44,441 nucleotides of DNA, taken from positions 1 to 44,441 of the IMG/VR virus record IMGVR_UViG_3300040733_000128; one strand, given 5' to 3'. The stretch comes from a virus. Its lineage: Duplodnaviria > Caudoviricetes. Shown in pieces: positions 15,381 to 25,965 of this stretch (the stretch's first letter is position 1; every line of letters starts with the position of its first letter). Below the pieces are notes generated by a model. That model was not told where the DNA came from. It worked only from the letters and a program-made list of their open reading frames with translations, and did not search any database. Both the position numbers and the translations under genes were made by a program.

Positions 15381-18300
15381 TTAATCGTACACTTCTTCAC
15401 GATATACTATGCCCCTGATCGTCGAGAACATTGTATCAGGGCTCCTCTTTATCCATTTTGTCCTGTACAGGGTATTGATCTCGCTTGTTTTAGATAGGAT
15501 ATAATTGCATTCATATGGTTTTTCATTATCGACCGCCAGCCCTGTTGGTTTTGATATTTCCTGTATTGTCTCCCCCGTGAGCACGCCCTGCCAAGTGTAT
15601 ATTGCCCCGTCTGACCCCCATACACGCAACCGGTATGTTTCCCCGGAATCGATCGTAATGAGCCTGTCAAGGACGACCTTGTCGCCTGTATTGTTCGTCC
15701 CCTGGATCCTCCCGCTTGCAGCGAAATCGTTGGCCTGGCTCTGAAACGCGAAGACATCGCCGGTCTCTGCTTCGATAGATTCATTACCGGCTTCAAATTC
15801 AATCTCATGATCCACATATCGGTTATACCGGAGCAACCGCCTTAAGTATCTTCGTACCTCTGTTTCACGCGTGACACCTACCAATGGAGATAGTGTCTTA
15901 ATGATGGGATATTCGCCTTCCTGGACGTCCTCCTCGCTGATCGTTTTATCGTCATAATTCAAGTTCTCATCCTTATATGTGACGACGAGTATATTTGCCC
16001 GTTCGCGCCCAGGGATAGGGTACACATGAACGTTCTTTGTGTTTCCTTCCCCAAATATCTGGACCGGGACGCTGACGGCTTTATCGATAATGATCTTGAA
16101 TTTATTCCCATACGGTACTATCTGCGCCTCGGCCTGCTGCGCAATCCGCAGCACCAACCCCCAAAGGTCCTCGCTGAAATCTATCAATGCATCAAATTTG
16201 TGGCGCTGCTCTCCATCAACTATTTCTTTATTATACTCATCGAATTCCGCGAGGGAATCCCAGATAATTTTATCAGCCGTGATCCTGCCATGGGAACCTT
16301 CGAGCATTATCTTTGCAAGCGCCCATGTCAGAGAATCCGTGTCGCCATAATTTTCACAGAATACCATGATCTCCGTGCCGGCGGGGATCGCATCAGTTGA
16401 TTGCAGATATAGGCGTGTCCGGGGGGTTGTGGCCACGTTGCTCGTGATCGTCTGAGCTGCCGGGTGATCCCCGGTATAACCCAGCGTTGCGCCGGCATCA
16501 CTCCCTGTGTGAGTATATGTGAAGGTATGCCCGGCGCCGGCATCGATGTTGAATTTTCTGGTCAAACCATCAAATGTCACCGTTGACGATATGGTAAATG
16601 CCGTGTCAATGGCTGCCTGCAAGGCAAGCGCCAGATCATCGCCCGTGTAGTCACCATCAGGGATATCCACATCCGTCGCAGATCCTCCGTCATAGGAAAG
16701 TTTCAGAATATCGTTTGCGCCGGTGATCACAAAGGAATGCCCCCATGTATGAATACGCTTGTAGAACTTCGTGAGCAACCGGTCCGGCTGAGCATACCCT
16801 TCGGAATCCATAAATACAAGCCAGTAATAAAGTATCGATGAATTCCCCGGTGCCGGCAGGCTATCCTCGACAATGACCTTTCTCATACCATCGACGGTAA
16901 TGGTGTTGACCAGATTGCCCGTGCCGGTCACCAGACCCTCATCCTCTGCGACTTCGGTATCGTAGCGATCCTCCTCATCGGGTATGGATAGTGGCGGGCC
17001 GATGGCAATACTCGTAATAGCGGGCCTTGTGCCTGATAGCCTGTCCGTGGCCATGGCCGATACTCCAATCAGAGCGTGCCCGGGATAGGACAGCTCCTGA
17101 TCTATGATCTCCGAGTATGTATTCAGGAAAATATCGTCGCTCCAGAGCACGGATGTTTTATCTTCCGTGGTGCGCCATATACGAAAATTATATGTATCTT
17201 CCTCCAGATTGAGGAGCTCAATCACCTGCGTAACCGCTTCCAACGGGTTTGACGAATCGCCACTAATAGTATGATCCTCCGATTGTGCCGAGAGATAGAC
17301 ATTATCGATAGCAAAGGCATTGACATTATGCGTGCCTGACGGGTTGGTACAACAATCGCTTGCCCAATCAATGCGCACATCGTATTTATCGAGATCAAGG
17401 CCGGATATTACAATGTCCCAGCTCCCGGCAGCGGAATAACCGTAATAACATGCGCCAATCTCGTATGTGCCGTGCAGGGTCCATGCTGATGCCCCGGATT
17501 TACGATAATAAACACGATACCGGGAAAATGTGAACGTTGTGGAGCCGTCTACAGTTGGATGGCTGATCAGACGAAACTTGATTGCATTTATATCGATATC
17601 GGTATTGAACCCGGTCCATATCCTCCCGGTGAACCCGGTTGTGGAAAACGTAAGATCCCCGTCCTGTATCCTATATACCCCGTCTATAAACGCGCCCGTC
17701 TTGGCAACGCTCCGTCCCGCATCGGTGAATGCATTAAATTGTATCGTTGTCGCATCAAGCGTGCCTGTTTGTGTACAATAATATGTCGATCCTCCAATGA
17801 CAAGCTCGAAGTCGGCGGCGGCCGGGACCTTATCGCTAAAATTAGCATCAGCACCTCCGCCTGATCCGGTGTCGGTCAGCGTGTACGGGTTGGATGTACC
17901 GGAGAAAACCCCCGATGCGCGATCAATGAATGGTATCTCATCTCCCCATGCGGCATCACCGAGGACAAAACTCCATATGCTATCAATATGTTTTTTATAC
18001 TGAAGGCGGCAGACCACGTCACGGGCACAAGGGGTGCTGCCAACTATCTCATAGATGCCTCGCGGGGCGGAAAGAACAAAGCGGCAACCAGTGATATCCT
18101 TTTTTGCAGTGAAGGCAAGGGAGCTATCTGGGTCGTCCAGGCTCGCATCGTAGGGTATTTTTGCTCCGGAGCGGTATTGGGTATAAATCTTATTGAATAT
18201 GTCGATAATCCCCTGCTCATCGTCTCCCGGCCGCATCGCGATCTGAGCCTGGTCATAATAAATATATTCCGTATCATTGATGCGAATATCGTCAAACCGT

Positions 18301-19157
18301 GTGATGCGGTGGCCGACCGGGCATAATAGCATATCGAGATATTCATTGCCTTCAGAGTCATAGCGGGTTTTTTCGGAGATGATCTGCCCGCCGACTTTCA
18401 TCATGCCAAAAAGCCACGGTTTGGCCAAACCGGGGCGTGTATCATTCACAATCCCGTCCCATGTATAGTGCCGGGAATCCTTGAGATTATTATCCCACCC
18501 GGAGAGCGCCGGCGTCTCCGCGGGCGGCAATGGGAAAAGAGCGTCGACGACCATGCTGCCGGCAATAGTAATGGCCATTGATGCACCTATTGCGCCTGCA
18601 AGCGCCCATCCGGATAATGCCGACCATCCAGCCAGGGACCCGCCCATCGTCATGGGCGCCAGGGCAAAAGCCGCGACGGCCGTTAATACCCCACCGATGG
18701 CACGGCCCACATCGCCCTTGCCGGCGACAGGAAGCGTTTCTTCTCCACCCGGCCTATACCGGTAATACGAGAGAATGATATGATCGTAGCGTTTCAACGG
18801 TGATACCACGACACCCTTGCTTGTATCGCAACGCAAAAGCTGCATATCGGGAGTCACCACTCCCAGGTGCAGCCCCTCTACAGAGCGCATGAGGGCAACA
18901 GCATATGGTTCCGGTGCGGGAATTTTAATCCAGTTCTTTCCTTCAGTCTGCACCAGCTCGGCCGTGAGGGCAATCTCACTCCTCAATGGCAGCTCCACAC
19001 TGAGGCTCTTGTAGACCTCGCGGACCAGACCATAGCAATTAAGCCCCACGGTACGATCCTGCCCGCCCAGGGCATAGGCCGTGCCAACCAAATTTTTCCA
19101 ATCCTGCGGGGTCTCCGCAATAATCTCACGCCGGCCTGGGGACGTCTTTCTATACAT
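15381..19157 (-). CDS. Tail-tip protein: NlpC/P60 (gpK-like) + gpI-like + gpJ-like fusion
   Basis: N-terminal GLNCYGLVREVY/HLGV; hydrophobic Ala/Gly segment; PWLFG..VGGQIIS, YPGHALIG, GDVF of gpJ-type hub. Confidence 0.85.
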   Translation of the reverse strand: MYRKTSPGRREIIAETPQDWKNLVGTAYALGGQDRTVGLNCYGLVREVYKSLSVELPLRSEIALTAELVQTEGKNWIKIPAPEPYAVALMRSVEGLHLGVVTPDMQLLRCDTSKGVVVSPLKRYDHIILSYYRYRPGGEETLPVAGKGDVGRAIGGVLTAVAAFALAPMTMGGSLAGWSALSGWALAGAIGASMAITIAGSMVVDALFPLPPAETPALSGWDNNLKDSRHYTWDGIVNDTRPGLAKPWLFGMMKVGGQIISEKTRYDSEGNEYLDMLLCPVGHRITRFDDIRINDTEYIYYDQAQIAMRPGDDEQGIIDIFNKIYTQYRSGAKIPYDASLDDPDSSLAFTAKKDITGCRFVLSAPRGIYEIVGSTPCARDVVCRLQYKKHIDSIWSFVLGDAAWGDEIPFIDRASGVFSGTSNPYTLTDTGSGGGADANFSDKVPAAADFELVIGGSTYYCTQTGTLDATTIQFNAFTDAGRSVAKTGAFIDGVYRIQDGDLTFSTTGFTGRIWTGFNTDIDINAIKFRLISHPTVDGSTTFTFSRYRVYYRKSGASAWTLHGTYEIGACYYGYSAAGSWDIVISGLDLDKYDVRIDWASDCCTNPSGTHNVNAFAIDNVYLSAQSEDHTISGDSSNPLEAVTQVIELLNLEEDTYNFRIWRTTEDKTSVLWSDDIFLNTYSEIIDQELSYPGHALIGVSAMATDRLSGTRPAITSIAIGPPLSIPDEEDRYDTEVAEDEGLVTGTGNLVNTITVDGMRKVIVEDSLPAPGNSSILYYWLVFMDSEGYAQPDRLLTKFYKRIHTWGHSFVITGANDILKLSYDGGSATDVDIPDGDYTGDDLALALQAAIDTAFTISSTVTFDGLTRKFNIDAGAGHTFTYTHTGSDAGATLGYTGDHPAAQTITSNVATTPRTRLYLQSTDAIPAGTEIMVFCENYGDTDSLTWALAKIMLEGSHGRITADKIIWDSLAEFDEYNKEIVDGEQRHKFDALIDFSEDLWGLVLRIAQQAEAQIVPYGNKFKIIIDKAVSVPVQIFGEGNTKNVHVYPIPGRERANILVVTYKDENLNYDDKTISEEDVQEGEYPIIKTLSPLVGVTRETEVRRYLRRLLRYNRYVDHEIEFEAGNESIEAETGDVFAFQSQANDFAASGRIQGTNNTGDKVVLDRLITIDSGETYRLRVWGSDGAIYTWQGVLTGETIQEISKPTGLAVDNEKPYECNYILSKTSEINTLYRTKWIKRSPDTMFSTIRGIVYREEVYD

Positions 19158-19785
19158 ACCCACCTCCGCCAGGTATGCCGGGGAAAGCATTCAGCCGGGC
19201 GATATTCGCGTGGCGTTTACAATCTGCCATGTCATGACTGCATGTATCCGGGGATCCTAAAGTGAAGCCGGCAGGCTGGGTAAATGTCCCATCCGGTTTT
19301 GCAATCCAGCAGCCCTTGCCCTTATAACGATTCCAGCAAAAATCAGTCAAAAACTTTTCTGTCAAAAGCTGCGCCAGATAAGGATTAAAAGCACCCACCG
19401 AAAGCACAATGGTGTCGTGGGTGATATCTTCAATGCCTATGATCTCAAGCGCTTCTTCAAATATTACCGTTTCTGTCTCTACCGAGTATTGTTTGAATAC
19501 TACCGAATAGCCTTCAACCTCGCGGGTCTGCTTGAATTTTTCCGAGAGTGCGCCCTCAACATTGGAAAGGATCAATCTGATAGAAGCAATATCTCCCGAA
19601 GAATCTTCTTTTAGTTCCTCAAGGAGAATAGGAAAAGGATCATATGTGTGGCCATCTGCCTCGATTGCTTCCGGATTCGGGGTTCTATAGTACATACCAT
19701 CATCCAGTTCCACATCAAAAAGCGCAACCCACCTTGATGGTTGATTAAATTTAAGATGCTCATTATCTGGAATGGTGCGCGACAT
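19150..19785 (-). CDS. Minor tail protein, gpL-like
   Basis: CWNRYKGKGC...DTC....DC...FPGI four-Cys C-terminus; synteny. Confidence 0.8.
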   Translation of the reverse strand: MSRTIPDNEHLKFNQPSRWVALFDVELDDGMYYRTPNPEAIEADGHTYDPFPILLEELKEDSSGDIASIRLILSNVEGALSEKFKQTREVEGYSVVFKQYSVETETVIFEEALEIIGIEDITHDTIVLSVGAFNPYLAQLLTEKFLTDFCWNRYKGKGCWIAKPDGTFTQPAGFTLGSPDTCSHDMADCKRHANIARLNAFPGIPGGGGYV

Positions 19786-19795
19786 GCTTCTCCTT

Positions 19796-20218
19796 TTATT
19801 CGTCCGGAGGTGTGCCAATTACCTCCGGGCCTATTGATTCCAAAGTAATTTTGCGATGCCAGAAATATCCAGAGCCGGTAGGCTCCTCAGGGATCTCATC
19901 ATCGATGATTCTGCACCATATACCTATAGGGTATATCTTGCCATCCGGCCGAGGTTTCAGGCTTGTGGGGAGCACGTACCAAAATGGTTCCGATTTATAT
20001 TGATCGATGAAGGCGGACAAAAGATTATTCTCCGCATCGAGCTGCATTTTAAAATCTATCTGGATCTTCTTTATTGCATTCGGGTATTGTTCGCGCTGTT
20101 GGGCATATCCTGCCACTGCTTGAAATCGTACTTTCGGCGCCACGCGAACGGGCTTATATCCATTATATGGCGGAGGTGATACAAAATCATATTCCACATT
20201 ATCAAGGACAATGCTCAA
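19796..20218 (-). CDS. Minor/distal tail protein, gpM-like
   Basis: GYAQQR..LSAFIDQYKSEPFWY; follows the tape measure gene. Confidence 0.7.
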   Translation of the reverse strand: MSIVLDNVEYDFVSPPPYNGYKPVRVAPKVRFQAVAGYAQQREQYPNAIKKIQIDFKMQLDAENNLLSAFIDQYKSEPFWYVLPTSLKPRPDGKIYPIGIWCRIIDDEIPEEPTGSGYFWHRKITLESIGPEVIGTPPDE

Positions 20219-22920
20219 TATGTCTTCCCTCCCCGAAGAGTTTCGCGGAATTTACGATCACTACGGGCTCGGCGGATTATCGTGGTGATGACCATATTCT
20301 CGAAATCAAACCTAATCTCAGGCTGTTCGTCCTGTTCAAGTTGTATACCGGATTCGTTTTTCAACTCGATTTTAACGTTCATTGCGCCTCTGTTCGCCAT
20401 AAGGCCCATGGCCTTCATCTGGCCGGGTGTGAAGATGCCTTCTTCATCAGTGATGACTACGCCCCGCTCGCGGGGGCCTATGCCTGTATGGGCCCGGTCT
20501 GCGTTCATGAACGTCCATGGGGGAAGGGGACGGGTGAAGGTCGGCTCGTAGGGCATGCCGCCGCGATGAAAGCTGAGGCCAAGCGTCCAGTCGCCAACGC
20601 CGGTGCAATATCCGGAAGCGCTCGGTTTGAATAAATTTGCAACCCATCCGATAGCGCTGCCGATTATTCCTCCGGTATCTCCGGATGATGCCTTTTTCAT
20701 CGCGTCGCCGGTATAGAGCCAATTTATCAACATATCGGCGCACATATCATTGAAGACCGACGTTACCTTTTTGCACATATTTATGATGGAATCTTCGAGG
20801 TCGAATGTACTATCCTGCATGTCATCAAGGGAGCTTTTAAAAGAATCCTTCATCTCGGCGGCCGTATCCTTGACAAGCTCTTTGCCGTACTGGAATTCCG
20901 TTTTCATTGTGTAGGCGTATTCTTTGACGCCCCATATAAGACCTTCGCTGAAGATGCCCCCCTGTTCCCTGAGAATCATGTTCTCTTCTAACAGCTTCGC
21001 ATTTGCTTCATCGATCTTGGCCTGCAGGTTTAGGGCAATCAATTTGTCGCCGGCATCGTTGGCCTTCTGTAGATCCGCTGTATAACTTTGGATCAATGTC
21101 TGATATGCTGCCGCTCGGCCGGCGCTTGCCTGATACTGAGGCATATCCATATTTTTCTCTGCGGCGTTCAGCATTGCTATGCGGTGCGAGGTCTCCGCCT
21201 CGAGGATATTGCGGTTTTTCTCATCGATGATATCGAGCTGGCGCTTTCCGGAGGCCTTTTCAAGGGCTTCGATATTCTTCCAGTAATCTTCCTGGTTGAT
21301 CTTGCCGAGGATGAGGAGCTTCGTCAGGTTCGCATACTGCAGGCCTGCGGTCCTTTTCTCCTCCTCGACCCTGTTCTCCCAATCCTGTTTCAGCCGCGTA
21401 TTGATATATGTTTCATTGTCGAGCATGATGGTGGCGCGGTCCTGGGCGCCTTTCAGAGCCTCTTTATTTATCTCGTCGTCGATCCTCTTCCTGAAATCCT
21501 GCAAGGCTTTTAATTCGGAGACCTGCTTTAGCTGCTCCACGGGAGTGAGATCGAGTGTTATATTCTTTTCTTTCATGGTCCGCTGCGCATCGGCAACCGT
21601 TTCATCATATTTCTTCTTGATGTCGATGAGGCTTTTGAAATAACCATCCATATCATACTGGTTTTTCTCGATCTCAGAGCGGACCCCGATCATCCTTTTT
21701 TCCCAGTCGTCAATGGCCTTTTGCTGATCGCCGGTGAGGGGCATAACAAGGGATGATTTTGCATTGGCCGATCCGGCAGCGGATTTAGCGGAGGCCTTAT
21801 TAGTTACATCCCAGAAGCCTTTTATGATGTCACTGTAGCTTTCAATCTTTTTATTTAATTTAGATTTATCTCCTTCTGACAAATCCTGCCAGAATTTCCC
21901 CGTGAACATGCTATTGAATTCTTTCGCCTGCTCGGCAAAATTTTCAGGCCGCAGGAACATACTGTTATAAACATCTTTTTTCCCGCCCTGTGTAATTTTA
22001 TTTATAAACTGCTGTCCCCTGGCGAGGCTTTCACCAATTGCAGTACCCATTATATCAAATGCGGCCGCTACCCCAACTGCTGCAGATGCAACACCTTTTA
22101 GAAAAATTGATATATTTTGAGCCCAGCTTTTGACCAACTCTTCATCTTTGGTAATCTGCAATAGCGCCTTTGATCCGTTATCGAGGGATGGCAGGAGTTC
22201 TCCCATGATGTTCAGGGCGAGGCCCTTTGCTGCCATGCCTATCTTGTCGAACTGATCATTTACCTGAGCGGCAAGTTTAATGGTCTTTTCATCCATAAGG
22301 ATCCCGAGCTGCTCCATTTCCTGATGGATGCTATCGATCCCTTCTTTGCCTTGGTTAAGGAATGGTATCAGTTCTTTCCCGGACCTGCCGAAGAGCTGCA
22401 TTGCAAGGCCGGTTTTGGCAACGCCATCCTCTGTCTTACTGAATTTATCGGCGATCTCAAGAAGCATTTGATCGGTGGATTTGAGCTTGCCGTCTGCATC
22501 CTTCACGTTAAGCCCGAGCGCCTTGAATGCATCGCCTGCGCTTCCTCCTCCGGAGGATGCCTCGAACATATTTTTTGACAGTTTGCCGAGGGCGGCCGCA
22601 AGCTCTTCCCCGCCGAGGCCCGAGAGCTTTGCCTGATATTCAAAGACCTGGAGCATTTCCGTACCGACGCCGATCTTTTCAGAAAGCTCGTCGAGGCGGT
22701 CCATGGTCTCGAGGGATTGACGCGCTATGGAAATAAGACCAACAACCGTAAGAGGGGCGGCTACCATGGCTGTCAACGAGCGCCATTGCCCCTGAATGGT
22801 ATTGGTGACGGATTTCATCTCTGAATCGAATTTCTTTGCCCTGGCGGCGCCGGCGTCGAACGCCTTGATCAATGCATTCGGATCGCCCTTAAGGATTACA
22901 TTTGATATATCGTCGGCCAC
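20215..22920 (-). CDS. Tail tape measure protein
   Basis: 901 aa, helical; AMQLFGRSGKELIPFLNQG; downstream of the G/GT chaperones. Confidence 0.92.
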   Translation of the reverse strand: MADDISNVILKGDPNALIKAFDAGAARAKKFDSEMKSVTNTIQGQWRSLTAMVAAPLTVVGLISIARQSLETMDRLDELSEKIGVGTEMLQVFEYQAKLSGLGGEELAAALGKLSKNMFEASSGGGSAGDAFKALGLNVKDADGKLKSTDQMLLEIADKFSKTEDGVAKTGLAMQLFGRSGKELIPFLNQGKEGIDSIHQEMEQLGILMDEKTIKLAAQVNDQFDKIGMAAKGLALNIMGELLPSLDNGSKALLQITKDEELVKSWAQNISIFLKGVASAAVGVAAAFDIMGTAIGESLARGQQFINKITQGGKKDVYNSMFLRPENFAEQAKEFNSMFTGKFWQDLSEGDKSKLNKKIESYSDIIKGFWDVTNKASAKSAAGSANAKSSLVMPLTGDQQKAIDDWEKRMIGVRSEIEKNQYDMDGYFKSLIDIKKKYDETVADAQRTMKEKNITLDLTPVEQLKQVSELKALQDFRKRIDDEINKEALKGAQDRATIMLDNETYINTRLKQDWENRVEEEKRTAGLQYANLTKLLILGKINQEDYWKNIEALEKASGKRQLDIIDEKNRNILEAETSHRIAMLNAAEKNMDMPQYQASAGRAAAYQTLIQSYTADLQKANDAGDKLIALNLQAKIDEANAKLLEENMILREQGGIFSEGLIWGVKEYAYTMKTEFQYGKELVKDTAAEMKDSFKSSLDDMQDSTFDLEDSIINMCKKVTSVFNDMCADMLINWLYTGDAMKKASSGDTGGIIGSAIGWVANLFKPSASGYCTGVGDWTLGLSFHRGGMPYEPTFTRPLPPWTFMNADRAHTGIGPRERGVVITDEEGIFTPGQMKAMGLMANRGAMNVKIELKNESGIQLEQDEQPEIRFDFENMVITTIIRRARSDRKFRETLRGGKTY

Positions 22921-22921
22921 A

Positions 22922-23322
22922 TCAATCCCCCTTTATCTTCTTTTTGCATTTCGCGCATTTCCATTCTATGAACTCCTCGCCACCCATCTCGTATATACAA
23001 CGCTCGCGGTCGGCATCGGTACAAGTACCTTCGTCCTCGCCGCCGTTGAGGATGTCCAGGACGGCCCCTTCAAATATATTGACCTTTTCGAGGAATTCAT
23101 CATCGATGTCTATCCCTCTCGCCCCGGCTGCCGTAAGTATCACATTGAGATCGAGGCCATAGAACTTCCGACGGATGATCGTGCCGCCCATGGGGACGGT
23201 GGCGCCCATTGTTGTGCATCGCCACTGCCTGGAGGTATATTTTAATATCCGCCATAACTCTGCATTCTCCGGATGTATCTGGCACGCCTCGCCGGTGCAG
23301 TAATGCACGGCGAGGTCTTTCA
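22922..23322 (-). CDS. Tail assembly chaperone GT extension (-1 frame)
   Basis: Open -1 frame (KLKDLAVHYC...) directly after slippery A AAA AAC. Confidence 0.75.
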
Positions 23323-23706
23323 GTTTTTTAGGGCGTCTTTATAGACCTCAATCCCGTCCTGGACCGCCTTGTCCAGAACAAACGTCCAGTTCGAGACCTC
23401 GCCCATCGGGACATCCATCAGCAGGACGGCCTTTTTGTTGTCGAGATTGACCTCCCTTGGCTTGCCGGGCTCTTCATCGAAGCCTTCAAAGCTTTCCAGG
23501 AGATAATCCTGCAGGGCGTCGAGGATCGCCAGTTCGTCGTAGACCTCCACGCCGTTTTCCATCCGCTTGTGCTCTTCCCGTATCTCTTTTGTTACTACAT
23601 TGGTCTTCGGGCGGATCCTGAAACGCACCGGGCACCCGAAAAGCACCCTTTCATACCATTTCCCCTGGACGGTCTTTCTGTCGATTTTCCGAATAATCAG
23701 ACCCAT
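23320..23706 (-). CDS. Tail assembly chaperone, gpG-like
   Basis: Between tube and tape measure genes; ends LKN at the slippery site. Confidence 0.8.
   Translation of the reverse strand: MGLIIRKIDRKTVQGKWYERVLFGCPVRFRIRPKTNVVTKEIREEHKRMENGVEVYDELAILDALQDYLLESFEGFDEEPGKPREVNLDNKKAVLLMDVPMGEVSNWTFVLDKAVQDGIEVYKDALKN
23323..23329 (-). other. -1 programmed ribosomal frameshift site AAAAAAC
   Basis: Canonical X XXY YYZ heptamer immediately before TGA. Confidence 0.8.
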
Positions 23707-23737
23707 ATCGGCTCCTTTCCTATTGCCTGCGGGGCGA

Positions 23738-25006
23738 TTACGCCGCGCACGTCGCTATCTTGTTTGCTACGGTTATGATCGCGCTGCCGTAGGTATCGTC
23801 CTCGAGCACGCGGAGATCTCCAACTTCGCCGATCACCTTGTCTTTCGCACTGATCGGGGCGTCAATAACGGCGCACTTCGGGAAAACATATTCCACGTAA
23901 TAGTTTTTTCCGGTCTCGAATTCCGCGCCCGTGGCCTTCATATAGACGCCAAATGTCTCGTTGGAATAGATGCGCTGTTGAAGGATCGCCTCGCGCATCT
24001 GCCTGTCAAACTTCAATGTCTGGAAGCGGCCGCCTTTTTTCGCATAGTTCGCATATGTGCCGGTGCCACCGACGCGGTATTCTATCGCCATATTGTTATT
24101 GAGGACGTGCTCGATGCTCTCGATCTCTTCGCTGACCGTGCGGCCGCCGAGGAAAGACGATCCGTTCCATTTCCCGCCGTGCTTCACGACGAGGTCCGTC
24201 ACCCGGAGCGGCGATTCCGTGACCCTCGCGGGAAATGTACACCAGGCAGGCTCTGTCGGGACATAGAGGATCTTGTATGTCGTGGACGTTGCGGTCCCTC
24301 CTGGTGCGCTGATCGTGATGACCGCCGGCGTGGCAGCGGATACAGCGCTGAAGGAGACATCAACCCATTCGTTGGTGGTCGGGACCTGGACGCGGATCTG
24401 CTGAACATTGTCGAGACGCAGCGCGGCAGTGGAACCCTGCACCCCGTTTGCGGCCAGGGTAAGGGAAGAGGCGTTGTACATCGCGGTGACACTTTCCTCT
24501 GTGTAATTGTGGGTATGTTTCCCGGTGCCCTTCACGGCGGCAACACATTTGGCCCAAGAATCCTTTGCAAAAGCACTGGTGACCTGGTCGATAAACAGTG
24601 ACGCGCAGAGGCGTTTCAGGATCGTATTGCCAAAGCGCATGCCTCCAGTGATCCCCGGCATGTCGGGGCCTGCTATGGGCGAGATCGTATGCTTGTAGCC
24701 TGTACCCCAGGCCGCAGAAGAAATGGACCCGAAGCTGTAGCCGAGGGCAAGAAGAAAATCCTGCGGCTTTGCCTTGTTGAAATTTAGCGTTATCTCGGAG
24801 AGGTACCCGAGATCATAAATGCTGTCGGGCTCTTCCTTGCCGGTCATCTCGTCCTCGTTCGTCTCGCGGCGCGGTTTGAGCTGCAGGACGTCGCCGCGGT
24901 CCACAAGAAGCGAATGAGAAAGGGTTTGCTCGGTATTGAGCGCCGTCTCTTTGGTAAGGAGCGATACGGCAAAAAGGTTATAGTCGTTCCTGTAATCTCT
25001 GGACAT
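23738..25006 (-). CDS. Major tail (tube) protein
   Basis: 422 aa, beta-rich; between tail terminator and chaperones. Confidence 0.75.
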   Translation of the reverse strand: MSRDYRNDYNLFAVSLLTKETALNTEQTLSHSLLVDRGDVLQLKPRRETNEDEMTGKEEPDSIYDLGYLSEITLNFNKAKPQDFLLALGYSFGSISSAAWGTGYKHTISPIAGPDMPGITGGMRFGNTILKRLCASLFIDQVTSAFAKDSWAKCVAAVKGTGKHTHNYTEESVTAMYNASSLTLAANGVQGSTAALRLDNVQQIRVQVPTTNEWVDVSFSAVSAATPAVITISAPGGTATSTTYKILYVPTEPAWCTFPARVTESPLRVTDLVVKHGGKWNGSSFLGGRTVSEEIESIEHVLNNNMAIEYRVGGTGTYANYAKKGGRFQTLKFDRQMREAILQQRIYSNETFGVYMKATGAEFETGKNYYVEYVFPKCAVIDAPISAKDKVIGEVGDLRVLEDDTYGSAIITVANKIATCAA

Positions 25007-25194
25007 TATTCACCTCCGTTATCGCTGCCGGCGGCAGCAAAGTCAGATTCGAAATCGCGGGCGATTTCTTCGAACCTGTGGGCCTCCTGCGGCGGGACTT
25101 CTTCATAGATCACGCCAGCGGCGAATTTTCTGCCGGCCATGGGCCCGTCTACAATTTCAAATGGTGCTTCGTTGGATTTCAGTCTGTACTGCAT
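25006..25194 (-). CDS. Small hypothetical protein
   Basis: RBS AAGGAGG; 62 aa. Confidence 0.65.
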   Translation of the reverse strand: MQYRLKSNEAPFEIVDGPMAGRKFAAGVIYEEVPPQEAHRFEEIARDFESDFAAAGSDNGGE

Positions 25195-25217
25195 CGATGC
25201 CTCCTTGATCATCTATT

Positions 25218-25664
25218 TTAAAAACTCCACTTTGCGGTCTCGTACTCTATCTCTATCGAGACGGTCACCTTTCCGGTGATCTTCCCGTCCTGGTCGATCT
25301 CTATCTTGTCGCCCTTCGGCTGTGTATCATCCGCGAGACCGCTCCATTGATCGTCCATTCCGATGGCTTTTAACACATCCTCGATCACATCATAACAATC
25401 GGTGATAGTTGCCGTGCCGGCGGCGAGGGATATTTCCAAATCGATGGAGATAGTATTGCGGTATCGTCCGGCGGCCGCCGAAGGAGCCTTCTCATTATCA
25501 TGGTCCAGGATGTTCATACCGGGCGCTTCTGTGTCCTGCAGCGGAGTAGGCCGCATATGGAATATATTGTTCCCCAGATCGGTCTTATAGGAGGCGGTCT
25601 TTTTGATCGTCTTCATGCGGGCCATTACGAGGGAGATGATCTGATAGCGCACAGAATCAGACAT
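25218..25664 (-). CDS. Tail terminator-like protein (gpU position)
   Basis: SVRYQII..D.QWSGLA..V.IEIEY pattern; synteny. Confidence 0.7.
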   Translation of the reverse strand: MSDSVRYQIISLVMARMKTIKKTASYKTDLGNNIFHMRPTPLQDTEAPGMNILDHDNEKAPSAAAGRYRNTISIDLEISLAAGTATITDCYDVIEDVLKAIGMDDQWSGLADDTQPKGDKIEIDQDGKITGKVTVSIEIEYETAKWSF

Positions 25665-25965
25665 TGCCTGCCTCCGGATCTGTTGAAAGGGTGACGAGCG
25701 TCGTGCCGGATCCCTGAGGCATAATGAGTATGGCGTAATATGTCGTCCCGCCGATCGTCATCGTGTCATTGTGCTTTATGCCGGCGATATCCGCATCGAT
25801 GAATTCGTAGACAAGGGCAGCAGTCTCGATGCCGTTGACAATCTTCCAGGGCTCGCTTTTCTTATCGCCCTTGATAGTGACGTCGCTGTATATGACGTCG
25901 TTGCCGATGGTTGCGAATATATCGGCAAGCGCGTCGTTGAAGATCGTGTCGGAGCTGGTCATCAT
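25657..25965 (-). CDS. Head-tail joining protein (gpFII-like)
   Basis: About 100 aa; D..TIGGTTY...PQGSGTTLVTL. Confidence 0.65.
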   Translation of the reverse strand: MMTSSDTIFNDALADIFATIGNDVIYSDVTIKGDKKSEPWKIVNGIETAALVYEFIDADIAGIKHNDTMTIGGTTYYAILIMPQGSGTTLVTLSTDPEAGNV

